Source: the human T2T-CHM13v2.0 reference genome, Homo sapiens. From it: a stretch of DNA of 64,000 nucleotides. The position numbers were made by a program, and so were the translations under genes. How positions within the stretch are numbered: the first letter of the stretch is position 1; the number at the start of each line of letters is the position of its first letter. The notes beneath the pieces were generated by a model, which made no database searches, was not told the origin of the DNA, and saw only the letters and a program-made list of their open reading frames with translations. Shown here piece after piece: positions 45,873 to 60,344 of this stretch. Location: NCBI RefSeq assembly GCF_009914755.1, contig NC_060929.1, one strand, 5' to 3'.

Positions 45873-46819
45873 TTTTGGTGGAAGTTTAAATATCTTTCAA
45901 ATGAATGAGCCATATTATACTTAATCAACATATTTAGATATTTAGATAAACCCTATTTTGATATACATTCAGTTATACCTTTTTTGTGAATAATCATTTT
46001 TCACATTTGAAATCATTTTGTAGAAAATATTTGTAGAGGTAAAATTAATGAGTTAAAGGTTATACATATTTTTAAATGGTATCTATTTTATAATTATAAA
46101 GCCAATAAATATCCATTATAGAAATGTTTTAAAGTACAAAAAAGTGGGAAGTTATAAAGAAAAAAACTGATATTCTATAATTTTTTGATATTTAAATTGT
46201 AAAGATTTGCTACAGTGTACCTCTATATACTGATAAGATATGACTATCAACTTATTTTGTTAATGATAGAAGCAAGCTAGATAAAATTGTATATTGAATA
46301 TACGCATCTTTATTTTTTAAGAGGTTACAGTTTGCAGACTCAAGCTTGTATATACATAGATATCTCTGGAATTATTTATAAGGAAGAGATAACCATAATT
46401 CCTTCTAGGGAAAGAGACTTACTTTTTACTATATACTCTATTAAATTATTTTTTGAATACTATAATGTGCTCGTATTAACATTTTAAAGTCAAAAAACAA
46501 TTTTAAACCATTTTATGAAATTAGGTTCAGGGGGAAAATTTGGTAAAATAGAAAATAAATTTTTTTGATATTACATTGCAACCAAAAACTCATGGGAACA
46601 CTAACGTTCCTGAATTCTTGCCAGCATCCAGTATTTATAAGTTATCAATACTTGCTGATTTTATAGACAAAACAATATTTCATTAACACTTTAATTACTT
46701 TTTAAAAATAGTATAATTAAACTATTTTAAACATACATGCTAAGCAATTATATTTAATAAATTATTTGGATAGGACTTCTGGCTATGGTAACATGAAGTG
46801 GTCAGTGAATCCTCCCCAC

Positions 46820-46862
46820 AAATAAAATAAAATAAAATAAAATAAAATAAAATAAAATAAAA
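46820..46862. repeat. (TAAAA)n microsatellite
   Basis: About 8 units. Confidence 0.92.
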
Positions 46863-47611
46863 CTGGGCAATATTTTCAAAAACAACCTTTTAAGAAACTT
46901 CTGAAAAGTGATCAAACAACAAACAGAGATGCTTATTCGTGAAGAATTTCTGAAACTCTAGGTAAGAATGGTAGGAGTCTCTTGAGCTGCTCCAGTTCCC
47001 CCAGAAGATGGGCTAAAAAGCAGAATTGAAATAACAAGAAAAATTCAGTGAACTTGAAGTTAAATCAATAGAAAGTACACAATCTGAAGAAGAGAGAGAA
47101 AAAGGATTAAAGAAAAAGGAACGGTTCTTGAGAGAACTGTGGGCCAACATCAAACATACCAACATATGAACAATGGATGTCCCAGCAGGAGAGGAGAGGA
47201 AAAGGCAGGAGAAAAATCATCAAAGAAATAATGATCTAAACATCCCAAATTTGATAAAGAATATTAAGAAACAGAATCAAGAAGCTCAAAAAAACTCTAA
47301 GTAGGATAAACACAAAGCGACGCATACCTAGATATATCACAGTTTAATTGCTAAAAGCCAAAAACTACATTTATTGTGAATGGGTTAAGTACTTCCATCA
47401 AAAGGCAGAAATTTTTAGACTGAATAAGAAAGCAAGACCCAACTTTATGCTACCTACAAGCGAAACATTTCAATTTCAAATGTACAAAATAGATAAAAGT
47501 ACGAAGATGAAGAAACATCTACCATGCAAACAGAAACCATAAAAGAGCTAGTGTGATTATATTAACACCAGACAAAAATGGACACTAGGGCAAAAAAATT
47601 ATTAGAAATAA

Positions 47612-47925
47612 AGGGAGGCTATGAACAGTAGGGGGAGGGAGGAGATGAAGAGAGGTTTATTTATAAGCACAAATACACACTTAGATAGAAGAAATAAGAC
47701 CTGGTATTTGACAGATCAGTAGAGTGACCACAGTTAACATTAATAGATTGTACATTTCTAAATATCTAGAAGATAATAATTCAAATGTACCTAGTATAAA
47801 GAAAAGATAAGCATTTAAGGCAATAGGTATCCCAATTACTCTGATTTGATTATATGAGTACATCAAATTATCACATGCTCTGCAAAAATATGTACAGCTA
47901 TTATATATGAATATAAATAAATAAG
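47612..47925 (+). mobile_element. L1MA 3' end nested in the older L1
   Basis: 'ttagatagaagaaataagacctggtatttgacagatcagtag'...'tatcccaattactctgatttgatt' and (TAAA)n tail. Confidence 0.85.
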
Positions 47926-49206
47926 TCTTGAAAAGATACACTTCATAATGTCAAAGGGGTCCATGCATCAGAAAGAAAAAGTAATTATAAATGTAAACAC
48001 ATCTATAAAAAAGGTCCCCAGAAGTACATGAAGCCTAAACTGACAGAATTGAAAGGAAAATAGACAATTCAACAATTATATTTGGATATTTCAATAGTAC
48101 ACTCTCAGTCATTGATAAAACTACCAAATATAAAATCAGTAAATATGGAAGATTTTAAAACCTAGAACAACAACTTGAATAGCCTAACCAATACTAAAAG
48201 CACCCCATCCCACAACACCAGAACATAGATTATTTTAAGCATATATAAAACATTTTCCAGGGCAGATCATAAAACGATTCACAATAAATTTAATTTATTT
48301 GTGATCTATTCTTATATTTCACCATTTAGTCAATGTTATTATAGCATTTGTCAATTTAAGTAAAGTTTTAATTTTTAATTTTTGTGTTTATGTAGGAGGT
48401 ATGTATATATAAGTAAATTCTTTATGTGATAATTATACTATAGTTCTGACTTCTCATATTTGTTGCTTATGTTTTTCCAACTTGATTTGATTTGATATTT
48501 TGGTAGGGGTTTTTTTGTGTGTGCTTTTCAGACCTACTAATATTTCCTCTCACTAGTTCTATCTTTTACCTGCTTAGAAAGTATCTCTTACCTTAGAGGG
48601 TTGATAAAATTAACTTCTGTTACTTTCAAACTTTTCTTGCAAGACATGTTTTTATTATTTAAATATTTAATTCACCTAGAATATGTGAACATTTGAAGTG
48701 AGGATCTAAGATTTTTCCAAAACTTTTTCTAAATTTTCTAATTAGTTTAATTCCAATAATCCCATATTTATGCATTGATTTGACAGATATTTATTGGATA
48801 TCATGTTCTTACAAAATTTCAAATTGTAAGACTAAAATTTATAAATTTTTGATAATTATTATTCAATTTATAAGCTTAATGCAAGTTTACTCATGAACCT
48901 TTTGTGATTTTTTAAAGAAAACTTGACAAAATGATTAAACATGTTCACAGGAGAAATAAATTTGGAAAGAAAAATTTTAAAAGGTTTCAGGGGAGATATT
49001 CTCTCACATAATTAAATGATATGTCTTTGATGTATAAAAAACAGAATAAATATTAAAATTCAGTTGACTATACATACATATATATATATACCTCAAATGA
49101 TACAGAGCATTTATGAGGAATTCTATTTGATAAGCTAAACTGTGACCACTACAACCAGAGCAGATCCAAAACACGGGGTGAGAATTAAAGAGGATAAAAC
49201 ATAATA

Positions 49207-49525
<319 letters not shown>

Positions 49526-50243
49526 TTAAGCAGAAAAGGCAGATTTTTTTATATCTAGAGAGCTGAAAAAGTGATCAGCAGAATAGTAGCCTGTCAAATA
49601 GTAAAAATAATTGATCTATCTTTGGCCAGACTTGAAGATCAAAGAAAGAGTTGCAGAATGTCTTCAGAAAATGACTACACTAGCTATTTTTCAGACATCA
49701 GATAAATGTTTTCAAATTCAATAGCATACAAGGCACAAATTATTAACAAATTTGAATTCCAATCATATACTTTTGTCAGAAAAAGCTAAAAGGCAACTAA
49801 GACTATATGTTTGTTTTTTTTAAATCTACATTAGGTAAGCAAGAGAAATAAAGAGAGAAAATACGATAGTTTGTGTGGTGATCACTCACTGGGCATGATA
49901 TTTAATTGAATGCAATCAATCCATGGATTCTACTTACTAGGTTTAGAATTGAAAACTGTAAGTTTAGGTTCAGGATGATAAATTTTTACTACTTAAAAAT
50001 TACATTCTTCCAAGAATACCACATCAGACATGGTATATAGCATTACCAAGGAAACCATTTGTGGGAAACTTCTGAAGCACCTAGATGATACCTTAGACTT
50101 GCAGATGCACATGCCTTATTTAAAACATAAAATGAAAACAAGAATCACTTCAATGATAAAGAATAGTGTTAAAAGTAGGGCACTCCCCAGGATGAAATGG
50201 GATGAAGATCCTGGCTGGTCTGCCAGCTTTATCACAGCTCTCA

Positions 50244-50601
50244 TGTAATGGACCGAATGTCTGTGTCCCCCAAAATTCATGTTGAAATCCTAACTCCCAG
50301 TTTGGTGGTATTCAAAGGCAGGGGCTCTGAGAGGTAATTAGGTGATGAAGGTGCTGTCTTCATAGGATTAGTGCTCTTATAAAAGGGAACCCAGGGACCT
50401 CTTTGGCTCTCTTTCCACCATGTGAGAATACAGCAAGAAGTCAGCAGTCTGCAACCTGGAAGAGGGCCTTCACCAGAACCAAGCTATGTTGGCACCCTGA
50501 TGTCGAATTTCCAACCTCCAGAGCCATGAGAAATAAATTTTTGTTGTTTATAAGCCACCTAGTCAAAGTATTCTGTTATAACATCCCTACTGACTAAGAC
50601 A
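50244..50601 (+). mobile_element. MaLR solo LTR (MSTD/MLT1A-like)
   Basis: TG...CA; 'gaatgtctgtgtcccccaaaattcat', AATAAA, 'gactaagaca'; TSD tctca/cctca. Confidence 0.9.
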
Positions 50602-51503
50602 CCTCACTTAGATTAACATTACTGTAATCAAGATCCACATAATGAATCCTTTGTATTGATACTTTTCAAAACTTCAATTTTGTCTGTAAAAGTTAGACTC
50701 AATAAATATTCTTAAACGTGGCTTTGGACTTACTCTTTGTATAAAATGTTTTGTTAAAGCAGAAAAGAGCAAATATGCTTAGAATTATGTCAACTACACT
50801 ACCATAAAAGATGACCCACAGCCATGGGACAATACTGTCTTCTCCCGTTACTCATTCTCTCTTCCTGCCATCCTCCTGTCCAAAGACTACTTTAGAGACC
50901 CATTCTATTGTTTGTGCTCTGAGTACACAAGGACATTACTTCAAACTTTGTCATTATTGAATATTATTGCCATTTGTATAAATGTACCAATGCACTTAAA
51001 AATAAATATTGAACATTGTTGGCGGGAACAGCATTTAAACAGTGACAACATCATTAAATAATTATAACTATATACATTGAATTTGAAAAGTTCTAAAAGT
51101 ATGTAGATTTTATATTACTGGATGCTGGAAAGATGCCTTTTCAAAGTTAATTAATACTTTACTCAGCTGGAAGCGTATTCACATTTTCCTTACCTCAGGG
51201 CACACTGAAATCATCCTGGCCAAAGGATTTATCTTAATTTCTTCTTAAACTGTGTTGAAGAATAATATAACTGCAATAGTTGATGTATCACAAAACAAGC
51301 AAATCATTATTACAGAGGAGAAAATAGTTAAATGCATGAAACTGTTAGCTCAGACATGTTGATTTTGCTATCTCCTTTAATTATTTTAAAGTCTGTCTTG
51401 GACAATTCTGCCTAAGGAGTCAGTTGCGAACAAAGAACCCAACTAAGTTTGTAAACCCTACAAAACATATCAAATGCCCTCTTAACCCTTACTTATGAAC
51501 AGT

Positions 51504-51860
51504 TGTATTAGTTCATTCTTGCAATGCTATAAAGAAACACCTGAGACTGGATACTCTATAAAGAAAAGAGGTTTAATCTGCTTCTGGGGAGGTCTCAGGG
51601 ACCTTTTACTCATGGTGAAAGGCAAAACAGGAACAGGTGCCTTACACAGCAGGAGCAGAAGGAAGGGAGGTGCTACACACTTTTAAACAACTGCATCTCA
51701 TGATAACTCACTATCACCATGACAACATCAAGAGGGATGATGTTAAACCATAAGAATCCTCCCGCATGAGCCAAACACCTCCCACCAGGCCCCACCTCCA
51801 ACACTGGGGATTATAATTTGACATGAGATTTGGGTAGGGACACAGAGCCGAACCATATCA
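51504..51860 (-). mobile_element. MSTA-like solo LTR with internal deletion
   Basis: 'tgtattagttcattcttgcaatgctataaagaaacacctgagactgg'...'aaccatatca'; TSD acagt/atagt. Confidence 0.9.
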
Positions 51861-52173
51861 ATAGTGTAGCTATGAAACTGACATTAGACTTCCCTATTAC
51901 ATTTAAACCACAGACATTAATGTGCTATTAAAATATCCTAACATCTGAGAAAGACCTCTCCAAGTTTATGCCTAAAAAACAAATGACTTACTGTGACTCC
52001 TGGCCCAGTATTCTCATGTCTTCTCCACCCATCTATGAAACTCTAGTAGACTAAGTTGTTAGCTTGCAAGTATAGTAAAATCTCAGATCCTTCACAGGTC
52101 TTGCCATTTGCACAGTCAGAATTAAAGAATTAGAACAATTACTCTTAAAATTCTACTGAAAAGTGTAAGTGCA

Positions 52174-52527
52174 CATATTAGTCCATTTTCACACTGCCGA
52201 TAAAGACACACCTGAGACTGGAAAATTTACAAAAGAAAGAGGTTTATTTGAACTTACAGTTTCACATGGCTGGGGAAGCCTCACAATCATGGTGGAAGGC
52301 AAGGAAGAGTAAGTCACATCCTACATGGATGGCACCAGGCAAAAGAGAGAGCTTGTGCAGGGGAACTTCTCCTTTTAAAACCATCAGATCTTGTGAGACT
52401 TATTACTATCACAAGAACAGCACTGGAAAGGCTTCCTCTCAAGATTCAATCACTCCCACCAGGCCCCTCCCACAACACATGGGAATTCAACATGAGATTT
52501 GGGTGGGGACACAGCCAAACCACATCA
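52174..52527 (-). mobile_element. THE1 (THE1B-like) solo LTR
   Basis: 'tattagtccattttcacactgccgataaagac'...'gggacacagccaaaccacatca'; TSD gtgca. Confidence 0.93.
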
Positions 52528-52634
52528 GTGCATTATAAAAAATTCTCCTATTATAGTTTTTTATCTTAACTTTGCTCTAGTTTTAGGTTATTAGGATGAA
52601 GATTGCCACAAAGTGAGCATCATGGAGATGTAGA

Positions 52635-52830
52635 AGTCTTGATGCAGAACTAAACAAATTGAGTTAAAATACTAGCTTTGCCATTTACAAGCTGTGTGAT
52701 CTTGGGGAAATTATATGTTTACATCTCAGTTCTCTAAAATGCAAGAGAGGGCTAGTAATCACCTTTTAATGTAATTGTGAAGATTAATTACAATCATGAA
52801 GGTAAAGTGCCTAGACCATAGTAACCATAA
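52635..52830 (+). mobile_element. MIR
   Basis: 'gctttgccatttacaagctgtgtgatcttggggaaatta'...'taaagtgcctaga'. Confidence 0.75.
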
Positions 52831-52837
52831 ATAACTT

Positions 52838-54190
52838 TTCTCAACAAATACATGTTAAGCATCTTCTCTGCTAGGCAATTTTCTGGGAATACAAAAGTAA
52901 ATAAAACATAAAATGAACTATCTGCCCTCATGAATCCTATAATCTGATTAGAAGTTGACAAAATAGACAAGTTAAAAATAGTAATAATTGTTTACAATTA
53001 TTAAAAAGTAATAATAATATTGAATAATAATATGTTAAGGAGGAAAAATAAAATAAAGATTTGAGAGAATAGAAAGTGTTGCAGGTGTGAGGTTGCAATC
53101 TCCAATAAGGTGATCAGGATAAACTTCATTGAAATGGTGACTTTTGTGACAAGACCAAAGAGAAGTGAGCAAGAGAGACCGGTGGCTATGATGGGGAGAG
53201 TATTCTAGGCAAAAGAGCTTACCTGGAATGTGGCTAGAATATTCAAGGGACAACAGGGAGATTTGTGATAGCTGCAGCCAAGTGATAAGGAAAAGAATAG
53301 TTAGAAATGAAACCAAAGACCAGGCGTGGTGGCTCATGCCTGTAATCCCAGCACTTTGGGAGGCCAAGACGGGTGGATCACCTGAGGTCAGGAGCTCGAG
53401 ACCAGCCTAACCAACATAGTGAAACCCCATCTCTACTAAAAATAAAAAATTAGCTGGGCATGGTGGCAGACACCTGTAATCCCAGCTACTCAGGAGGCTG
53501 AGGCAGGAGAATCGCTTGAACCTGGGAGGCGGAGGTTGCAGCAAACCAAGATAATGTCATTGCACCCCAGCCTGGGCAACAAGAGTGACATTCTGTCCCA
53601 AAAAAAAAAAAAGAAAAAGAAAAGAAAAAGAAATGAGAGCAAAGAGGAAAGAAAGGGCATAGAGGTCAGATCATACTAGCTTTATAAGTCATACAAACAG
53701 CTTTGGTTTTTATTACCAGTGATATAGGAAGCTATAAAAGGATTTTGGTAGAGAAGGAACATGAAGTGAAACATCTTTTAACGTGATCACTCAGGCTGCT
53801 AGAGGGGAGCAAGGGTAGAAGCAGAGAGATCACTTAGGAGATTATTTCAATAATCTAGGCAAAAACTGAAGCAATTTCGACTATGGTGGTGACAGTAGGG
53901 AGGCCAGATTCCAGACAGATAGAAAGTAGAGTCAAGAGGATTTGCAGTTGGTTGGACTTGGGATATAAGAGAAAGAGAAGAGCTGTGAATGTTGTTAATG
54001 TTTGAGAATAAGAAGTGAATTTTTCCAGAATTTTCCAGAATAAGAAGTGAAGAATACTGTAGGAGGTGCAGATTTGGGCAAGGGGGAGTATGATGGGGAG
54101 TTCATTTTGGACATGTAAATTTTGAATATGTAAAGTTAGAAACACATGTGGAGTATACTGTGGAATATGTGAGTTTGGAGTTGAAGGCCA
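52838..54190 (-). mobile_element. L2 element split by an Alu
   Basis: 'tcaacaaatacatgttaagcatc' tail; 'gatcactcaggctgct' and 'gagttcattttggacatgt' body. Confidence 0.85.
53317..53629 (+). mobile_element. AluS (Sp/Sq-like)
   Basis: Full dimer, 'gggcaacaagagtga', A/GAAAA tail, degenerate TSD agaaatga. Confidence 0.92.
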
Positions 54191-56788
54191 ATATTTTAAT
54201 ATTTAATTTGATACATCCTCATCGGTTGCTCAATATCATCTCAATTATGTAGTCATTTTGGAGTAATGACCAGTGTCAACCTCTTATTGACAGACACTGC
54301 TACAAAAATTACTAGGAGCTAAAATATTATAAGTTTTAAATAAATGTAAAGTGCTTTGAAAAACTACCAGGTTATTTTAAGCTAGCCTCACAAGGTGGCT
54401 GAACTTGGTTAAAGCCACTATAATCTGGAGATTGGCCCTCAGTCTGGAAATTTCACGGACTTCCTAGGAAAAGTCAGTCCATGTTTGTAACTGGATGAGA
54501 TACTTCCTATGAAGCTGCACAAATAACTAATCTCAATTGTTTTTCTTAATCTTTTGTTAAAACCAGTTTAAGGTAGAAAAATTGTTTGACTTGTCTCTAA
54601 ATTCTGGGAATCATCCAAGTATTATACTATGTCATTTCATAGTTTCTGTTTTAGAAAACTAATAACAATGAGTTCTAAAATAATTATAATTTACAGAAAT
54701 CCCCATTACAGTATGTTTCATTCAAGTTTTGCTACATTATTTGGATGGTTGAATTTTCATTCAAATTTTAACACCTATCGAAGTTTTCCAAAGCTCAAAA
54801 ACAAATGAAATCTATATATGAAAATTCTGGAAAAAGCAAGATTTAGGTATGGATTAAGGAAGATAAATTCAATGACTAAAACAGAGCTATAAGGAAATGG
54901 ATAGCATGCATGGGTGGCTAAAACTTTGACTATTCACTCATAAAACAAAAACCCATTGATCATCTATCATGTGTTCACTGTAACCATAAATCTTATGAGT
55001 TATTCCAAAATTAAATGTTTCCTAAATCTTCTAAACAATAGAGACAAGTAGATGTATAAAATCCTTCCCAAGCTCAAATTCTTCTTACGTGAAAATCAAG
55101 TATGTATATGTGAATCATGAGTCATTTTTCCTGGAGATAATATGAAAGGGAGGGAAGAGGGGTTGGAGAAGAGAAGTAGGATGTAAAAATGAGTGGAAGA
55201 TCATGCTGAATACATGAAAAGCTTTTCCCAGCTCTGGAAATAATGAGTAACTCCAGCTGCCTGAGGCCACAGGTGACTTGAACAGGGAGTCAGTCACCCC
55301 GGATCATAGTTATAAAGGCTGATAGGCCATTTGCATGAAGTTTCAAACATAAAAAGAAACACTCCTTAGTGTGCATATTAACAAGAATAGAGGAATACAC
55401 AATTACAAAATGATCTGGTTAAAGAAGAGAAGGACTGTATTGATTTTAGCAAACAAATGATTTACGGATATTAATGGTACAGGACACCTGTTACTAACAT
55501 ACAAGATAACATGATATCTTTATTGCTTTACTCTGGTAAAAAGTAAAAAAAAAAACAAAAAACTATTCATGTGAGCTTTCATAGTTTCACTCAAAACACA
55601 CGACTCTTTAAGTTTACCATGAAATAAAGCCTGGAGAATTTCCACTGGATCTCCAACCATAGAGATTTTTGGAATCATAACTCTCAAAGTTGGGGAGGAA
55701 TTAGTTCAGCAGATAATTTCATAGGACACAGAAATAGAAAGATATATTTTTAAAGTGAGATGCCAAGTAACATATTTAATCTAAAGGTAAAATTTTTTGT
55801 TGTATAATACTAGGCAAAAGAAAAGAGACTTTGCAGTCTCCATTATGTATCAAACACAATAAGAAGAAAATATGTAGAAACATTTTGAAGGAACAGAGTG
55901 AGTGAGGGGGAACAAAAAACACAGAAACTTTAGGAGTGGCAGCTAAAAAAAAAAAAAAAAAAACTCTTGGATCTGTAAGATTACCAAAAGAGGATGAGAC
56001 CCAGCTGCTTCAGTGTTCACTTGAGATTAAATGAGGAAACACGGGCTTTGTCATTTTCAAAAATAGCCACTATGAACCATGCCAAATCCTTTGTAAAATT
56101 CTGTGTTTAGCACATGTCTATTTCTCTTTGTTAATTATACACCTACTACTATGAAATATATCTAGTGTTGAAAGTCTCCAATTAGGTAATACTAAATCTA
56201 AAAGTTAGAAACTCACAAAAGAAATGTAAGATTTTAAATTCTCATATTAATTTGACCAAATGCTTTCAACTATTATTCATACTGTGAAATGTGATATGTT
56301 TTAAAGTCTAGTAATTTTTGTTAATATCACATGACAATATTAGATGTTAAGTCTCTTATTATATGTTGGAATATATAATGTTATTTTATACCATGTAATT
56401 TTTAACCCTTAACGTTTTCCTATAAAGAAAAACTTAATTATAAATTACGTAAACCTGCCAGATTTGCCATTTGCTTTTAGCTCCTCACTGCTGCATTTTG
56501 TATTTAGATCCTATAGCCAACAAAACGAGACAATAGACATCAAAGTCCAGGACAAGTTTTGAGGAGAATGCCTATGCGTGGTGCCAAAATAGAGGATATT
56601 CTACTTCTCCCTGTACCTTTATCTGAGGAAAGTGAAGTGTCATTATTTAGTTGTCTCAAGTGTTGCAATGTTTATTAGCAATATATATGATGTCTGTGCA
56701 TCCCCTTGTATAAGACTGGAATCAAAACATTTCAGTTCCAGATTTCACTGAATGAGAAGTTATTCTCTTTTTTAAAAGATAACAGCAT

Positions 56789-59700
56789 GGACTTCCACTT
56801 TCAAATTGAAAGACTAACCTCTATCAGATTTGCCCACACATGGTAAGCAACTATAAAACTGAATGAAATACATGATATGACTATTATCTGTCACAGTGCA
56901 ATTGGTAGCACAGGACAGTAATCTCTGAATGAAGGGAAACACAAGAGGTGAGTTTCATCATCACCTCGGCTTTCTCCTTAGGGGCGATTTCTTAATGCAG
57001 TATAAGGAATTGAAGACCAGTAGTAGAAAAAGGCAGACCCAATTAGTTGAGGAGGCAAAGTTCACAGTTCAGAGCTGCTGAAATTTATTAGCTGAAATTT
57101 ACAGGATGAGATTTTAGAGAGAATAGAGCTTGGAAGAAGAGTGGTCTCAGAAATCTTTGTAGACTCATTGGATCCAGGGATGGACTGTACATATGGTGAT
57201 AAGACATATGCTATATTATGAAATATAGCAGGGAATGGTGCTTACAGGATTGAGACTCAAACAACAAATAACAGCAGTTACATAGTATGTGGAGGCACTT
57301 AAGTTTTAGCCCAGCCAAAGACAAGATAACTTATCAAGAGTATAGGCCTTCAGGTAAAACACTAGAAAATCTGTATCTTAGGAGTACGGACCATGCCTTA
57401 GAAAACACTAAGCCAAGCCTTGATAGGATATAGGAGCATCTTGGTAACTTACTAAATTGCCAAAACAAAATGCTATTTAAGAGAGATTATATAACCCATA
57501 TTACTTATGATATCACCCACAGTGGTCCAAAATCAATCCAAATGTTTTTAAATGTAAAAAAAAGAGGATAAAAATATGTCCCATCATATAGCAATAAAGC
57601 AGTCAATAAAAAAAAAACCTCTAGGATAATTCAAATATTAGAATTAACAGAAAATGACTTTAGAATATCTGGTACAAAGATGTTCAAAGACTTAAAAGAA
57701 AATATAGTCATAATGAGTGAAGATATGGGAAAACTCACAAGATAGATGGAATGAAGAAGACATCTAGTACAAAGATGTTCAAAGACTTAAAAGAAAATAT
57801 AGTTATGAGTGAAGAGATGGGAAAATGAAGAAGAGAAAGAAAATGAAGAAGAGAAAGAAAATGAGGAAGATGCAGGAGGAGGAGAAAGAGAAGGAAGGAA
57901 GGGGAGAAGAAGAATAAAACTGAAATCTGGAATTTAAAACTACAATGCCTGAAATGAAAATTTCATTTTAATGATTTTGACAGCAGATTGGAGATTATAG
58001 AAGAAAGAGTCAGTAAATTTGATTAGAGTTTGATTGAAATAATTCAATGTGAATAAGAGAGGAAAAATAGAAGAAAAATGAACAGTCTTTAACAACCTAT
58101 GGGGAAGTATCAACTAGTCAAATATATCTACAGATAGAGTCCCAGAAAAAGAGGAGATAAATAAAAAGGCATGAAATACATATATCAATATATAATGGTT
58201 GAAGTTGTTCCAATTTGATGGGAAAAAAAGTCAAATTACAGATACAAGAAGCTTCCTAAACCCAGAATAAAAAAAAAAACACACACAAATAAGTATATCA
58301 TAGTAAAACTATTGTAAAACAAAGATAAAGATGGCAGGCAAAGAAAATCAACAAATGATATATAGAGGACAAAAAATACAAATAATAGCTGACTTCTCAT
58401 CAGAAAATACTGGAGCCAGAAGACACTAAGTATGTGAATAAATGTAAATGACTACCTTCTTTTCTTCTTCCCTTAATATCTCTTAAAAAGTAAGTGAATC
58501 ATTAAAGCAAAAAAAATAAAATTGTAAACTGCTTTTTAACCAATGTAAAATCGATAATATATTTGACAATGTAAAATATTTGACAAATTGGCACAAAAGA
58601 CAAAGATGGTAAGTGTACTGTTGTAAGATTCTTACATTTGTGATGTGCAATATACAAATTGTGGATGGTAAAATATTAATTCTAAATAGACTCTAAAAAG
58701 GGCAAAGTAGATAGTATATACAGTATAGCAATGACTAAAAAGAATAACATGAAGTCCAGCTAAAAAACTGTGAGAGAAAAATAAATGAAGCACTGAAAAT
58801 ATTCAATTAAACCAAAATAGACATCAAAACACAAAGGGAGAAAAAAAAACAACAAATGAAACAAATAAAAGGCTAGGTTGAGAGAATAGACTTAAACTGT
58901 GTCAATAATTTTACATTGAAAGTAGATGAACTGAACTCTCAAATTAAAAGGTAGATATTGCATGGTTGGTTTTAAAAAGGAAAATCTAGCCATATGCTCT
59001 CAAAAATATAAACACATTAAAAATAGACACAAAGACACTAAAAGTAAAAAGTGGAAAATATATACCATGAAAGCAGTAAGATTAAAACAAACTGATCTGG
59101 CTGCATTAAGATGAGACAAGCTACTATTCAAGACAAGGAGTATTACAAGAAATACAGGGAAGCCCTGTATAATAATAAAAGGATCAATTCAGCAGAATAC
59201 ATAGCAAGCTAAAATATGCTCTCAATAAGAAAGCACTGAAATATACAAAGCAAAGTCTGATGGATCTTAAGGGAGAAACAGACAAATCTACCATCATAAT
59301 TGGAGAGTTTAATATCCCTTTCATAATTACTGATAAAACAAGTTTACCAAAAACTACAAATATAGAAGATGTGAAAAATATTATCAGCCATTCTGATCTA
59401 ATTGACATCAACACAAGACTGAAAAAAATACATTTTTGTCAAGCACAAATGGAACATTCACCAAGATGAAGGATGTACTGGGCCATAAAATAAATCTTAA
59501 TAGATTTCAAAAAAATTGAAATCTTATAAAGTATGTTCTCTGACCACAAAAAAATTAATTAGAAATTAAATTTTTAAAGATGTCTAGAAAATTCTAAAAT
59601 ATTTTGGAATTCAAACAACATATTTCTAAATAATCAATGGGTAGAAAAAATGACAAGGGAACTTTGAACTGAGTAATACTATAAGCAAAACATGTCAAAA

Positions 59701-60340
59701 TGTGTAGGATACAGCTAAAACAGTTCTCAGAGGGAAATTTGTAGCTTGCAATGCCAATATCAGAAAAGAAGAAAAACATCAAATGAATTACGTAACTTTC
59801 CACCTTAAAAAAGTTTTAAAAAGAGCAATTATATCCAAAGCAAGTAGCAAAAAGGAAGCAACAAAGCATAGAAATCTATGATTGACAGAGAGAAAATTAG
59901 CAAATCCAAAAGTTGACTTCTAAAAGATTAAGAAGACTGACAACCCCTTACAAAGACTGATGAGAAAAAAATAAAATTAGCAATAGCAGGAATGAAATAG
60001 TGGCTGTTATTACAGAACATTCAGACAATAAAGGAATATTATAAATGACTTAATGCTAGTAAACTAAATGAATTAAAAAAACTGACAAAAGAAAAAAATA
60101 GAAAAATCTGCTAAGCTCTGTATTTACTGTTTTTTAAATTTATAATAAAAAACCTTTCCAAAAAATAATGGCTTAGATAGTTTAACTGGTAATTTCTACC
60201 ACGTATTTGAGAAAGACAAAATATCACTCTTACACAAAATACTGCAGAAAATAAAGAGGAAGGCACACTTACCAATTTGTTTTGTGAGTATAATATAGCC
60301 CTGATACTAAAGAGTAACAAGGATATCATAAAGATCAAAA
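56789..60340 (+). mobile_element. Old L1M element (5' UTR, ORF1, ORF2 endonuclease region), degenerate
   Basis: Endonuclease peptide LKGETDKSTIIIGEFN (59260-59469); 'gctgacttctcatcagaaa'; 'atgttctctgaccacaa'. Confidence 0.85.
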
Positions 60341-60344
60341 ATCA

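Larger units (their letters stand above)
46773..48290 (+). mobile_element. Old L1M 5' portion (5' UTR, ORF1, endonuclease fragments) with internal deletions
   Basis: 'ggacttctggctatgg' start; ORF1-like 'gtgaacttgaag...tcaatagaaa'; endonuclease-like 'tagacaattcaacaattatatttggatatttcaata'. Confidence 0.75.
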
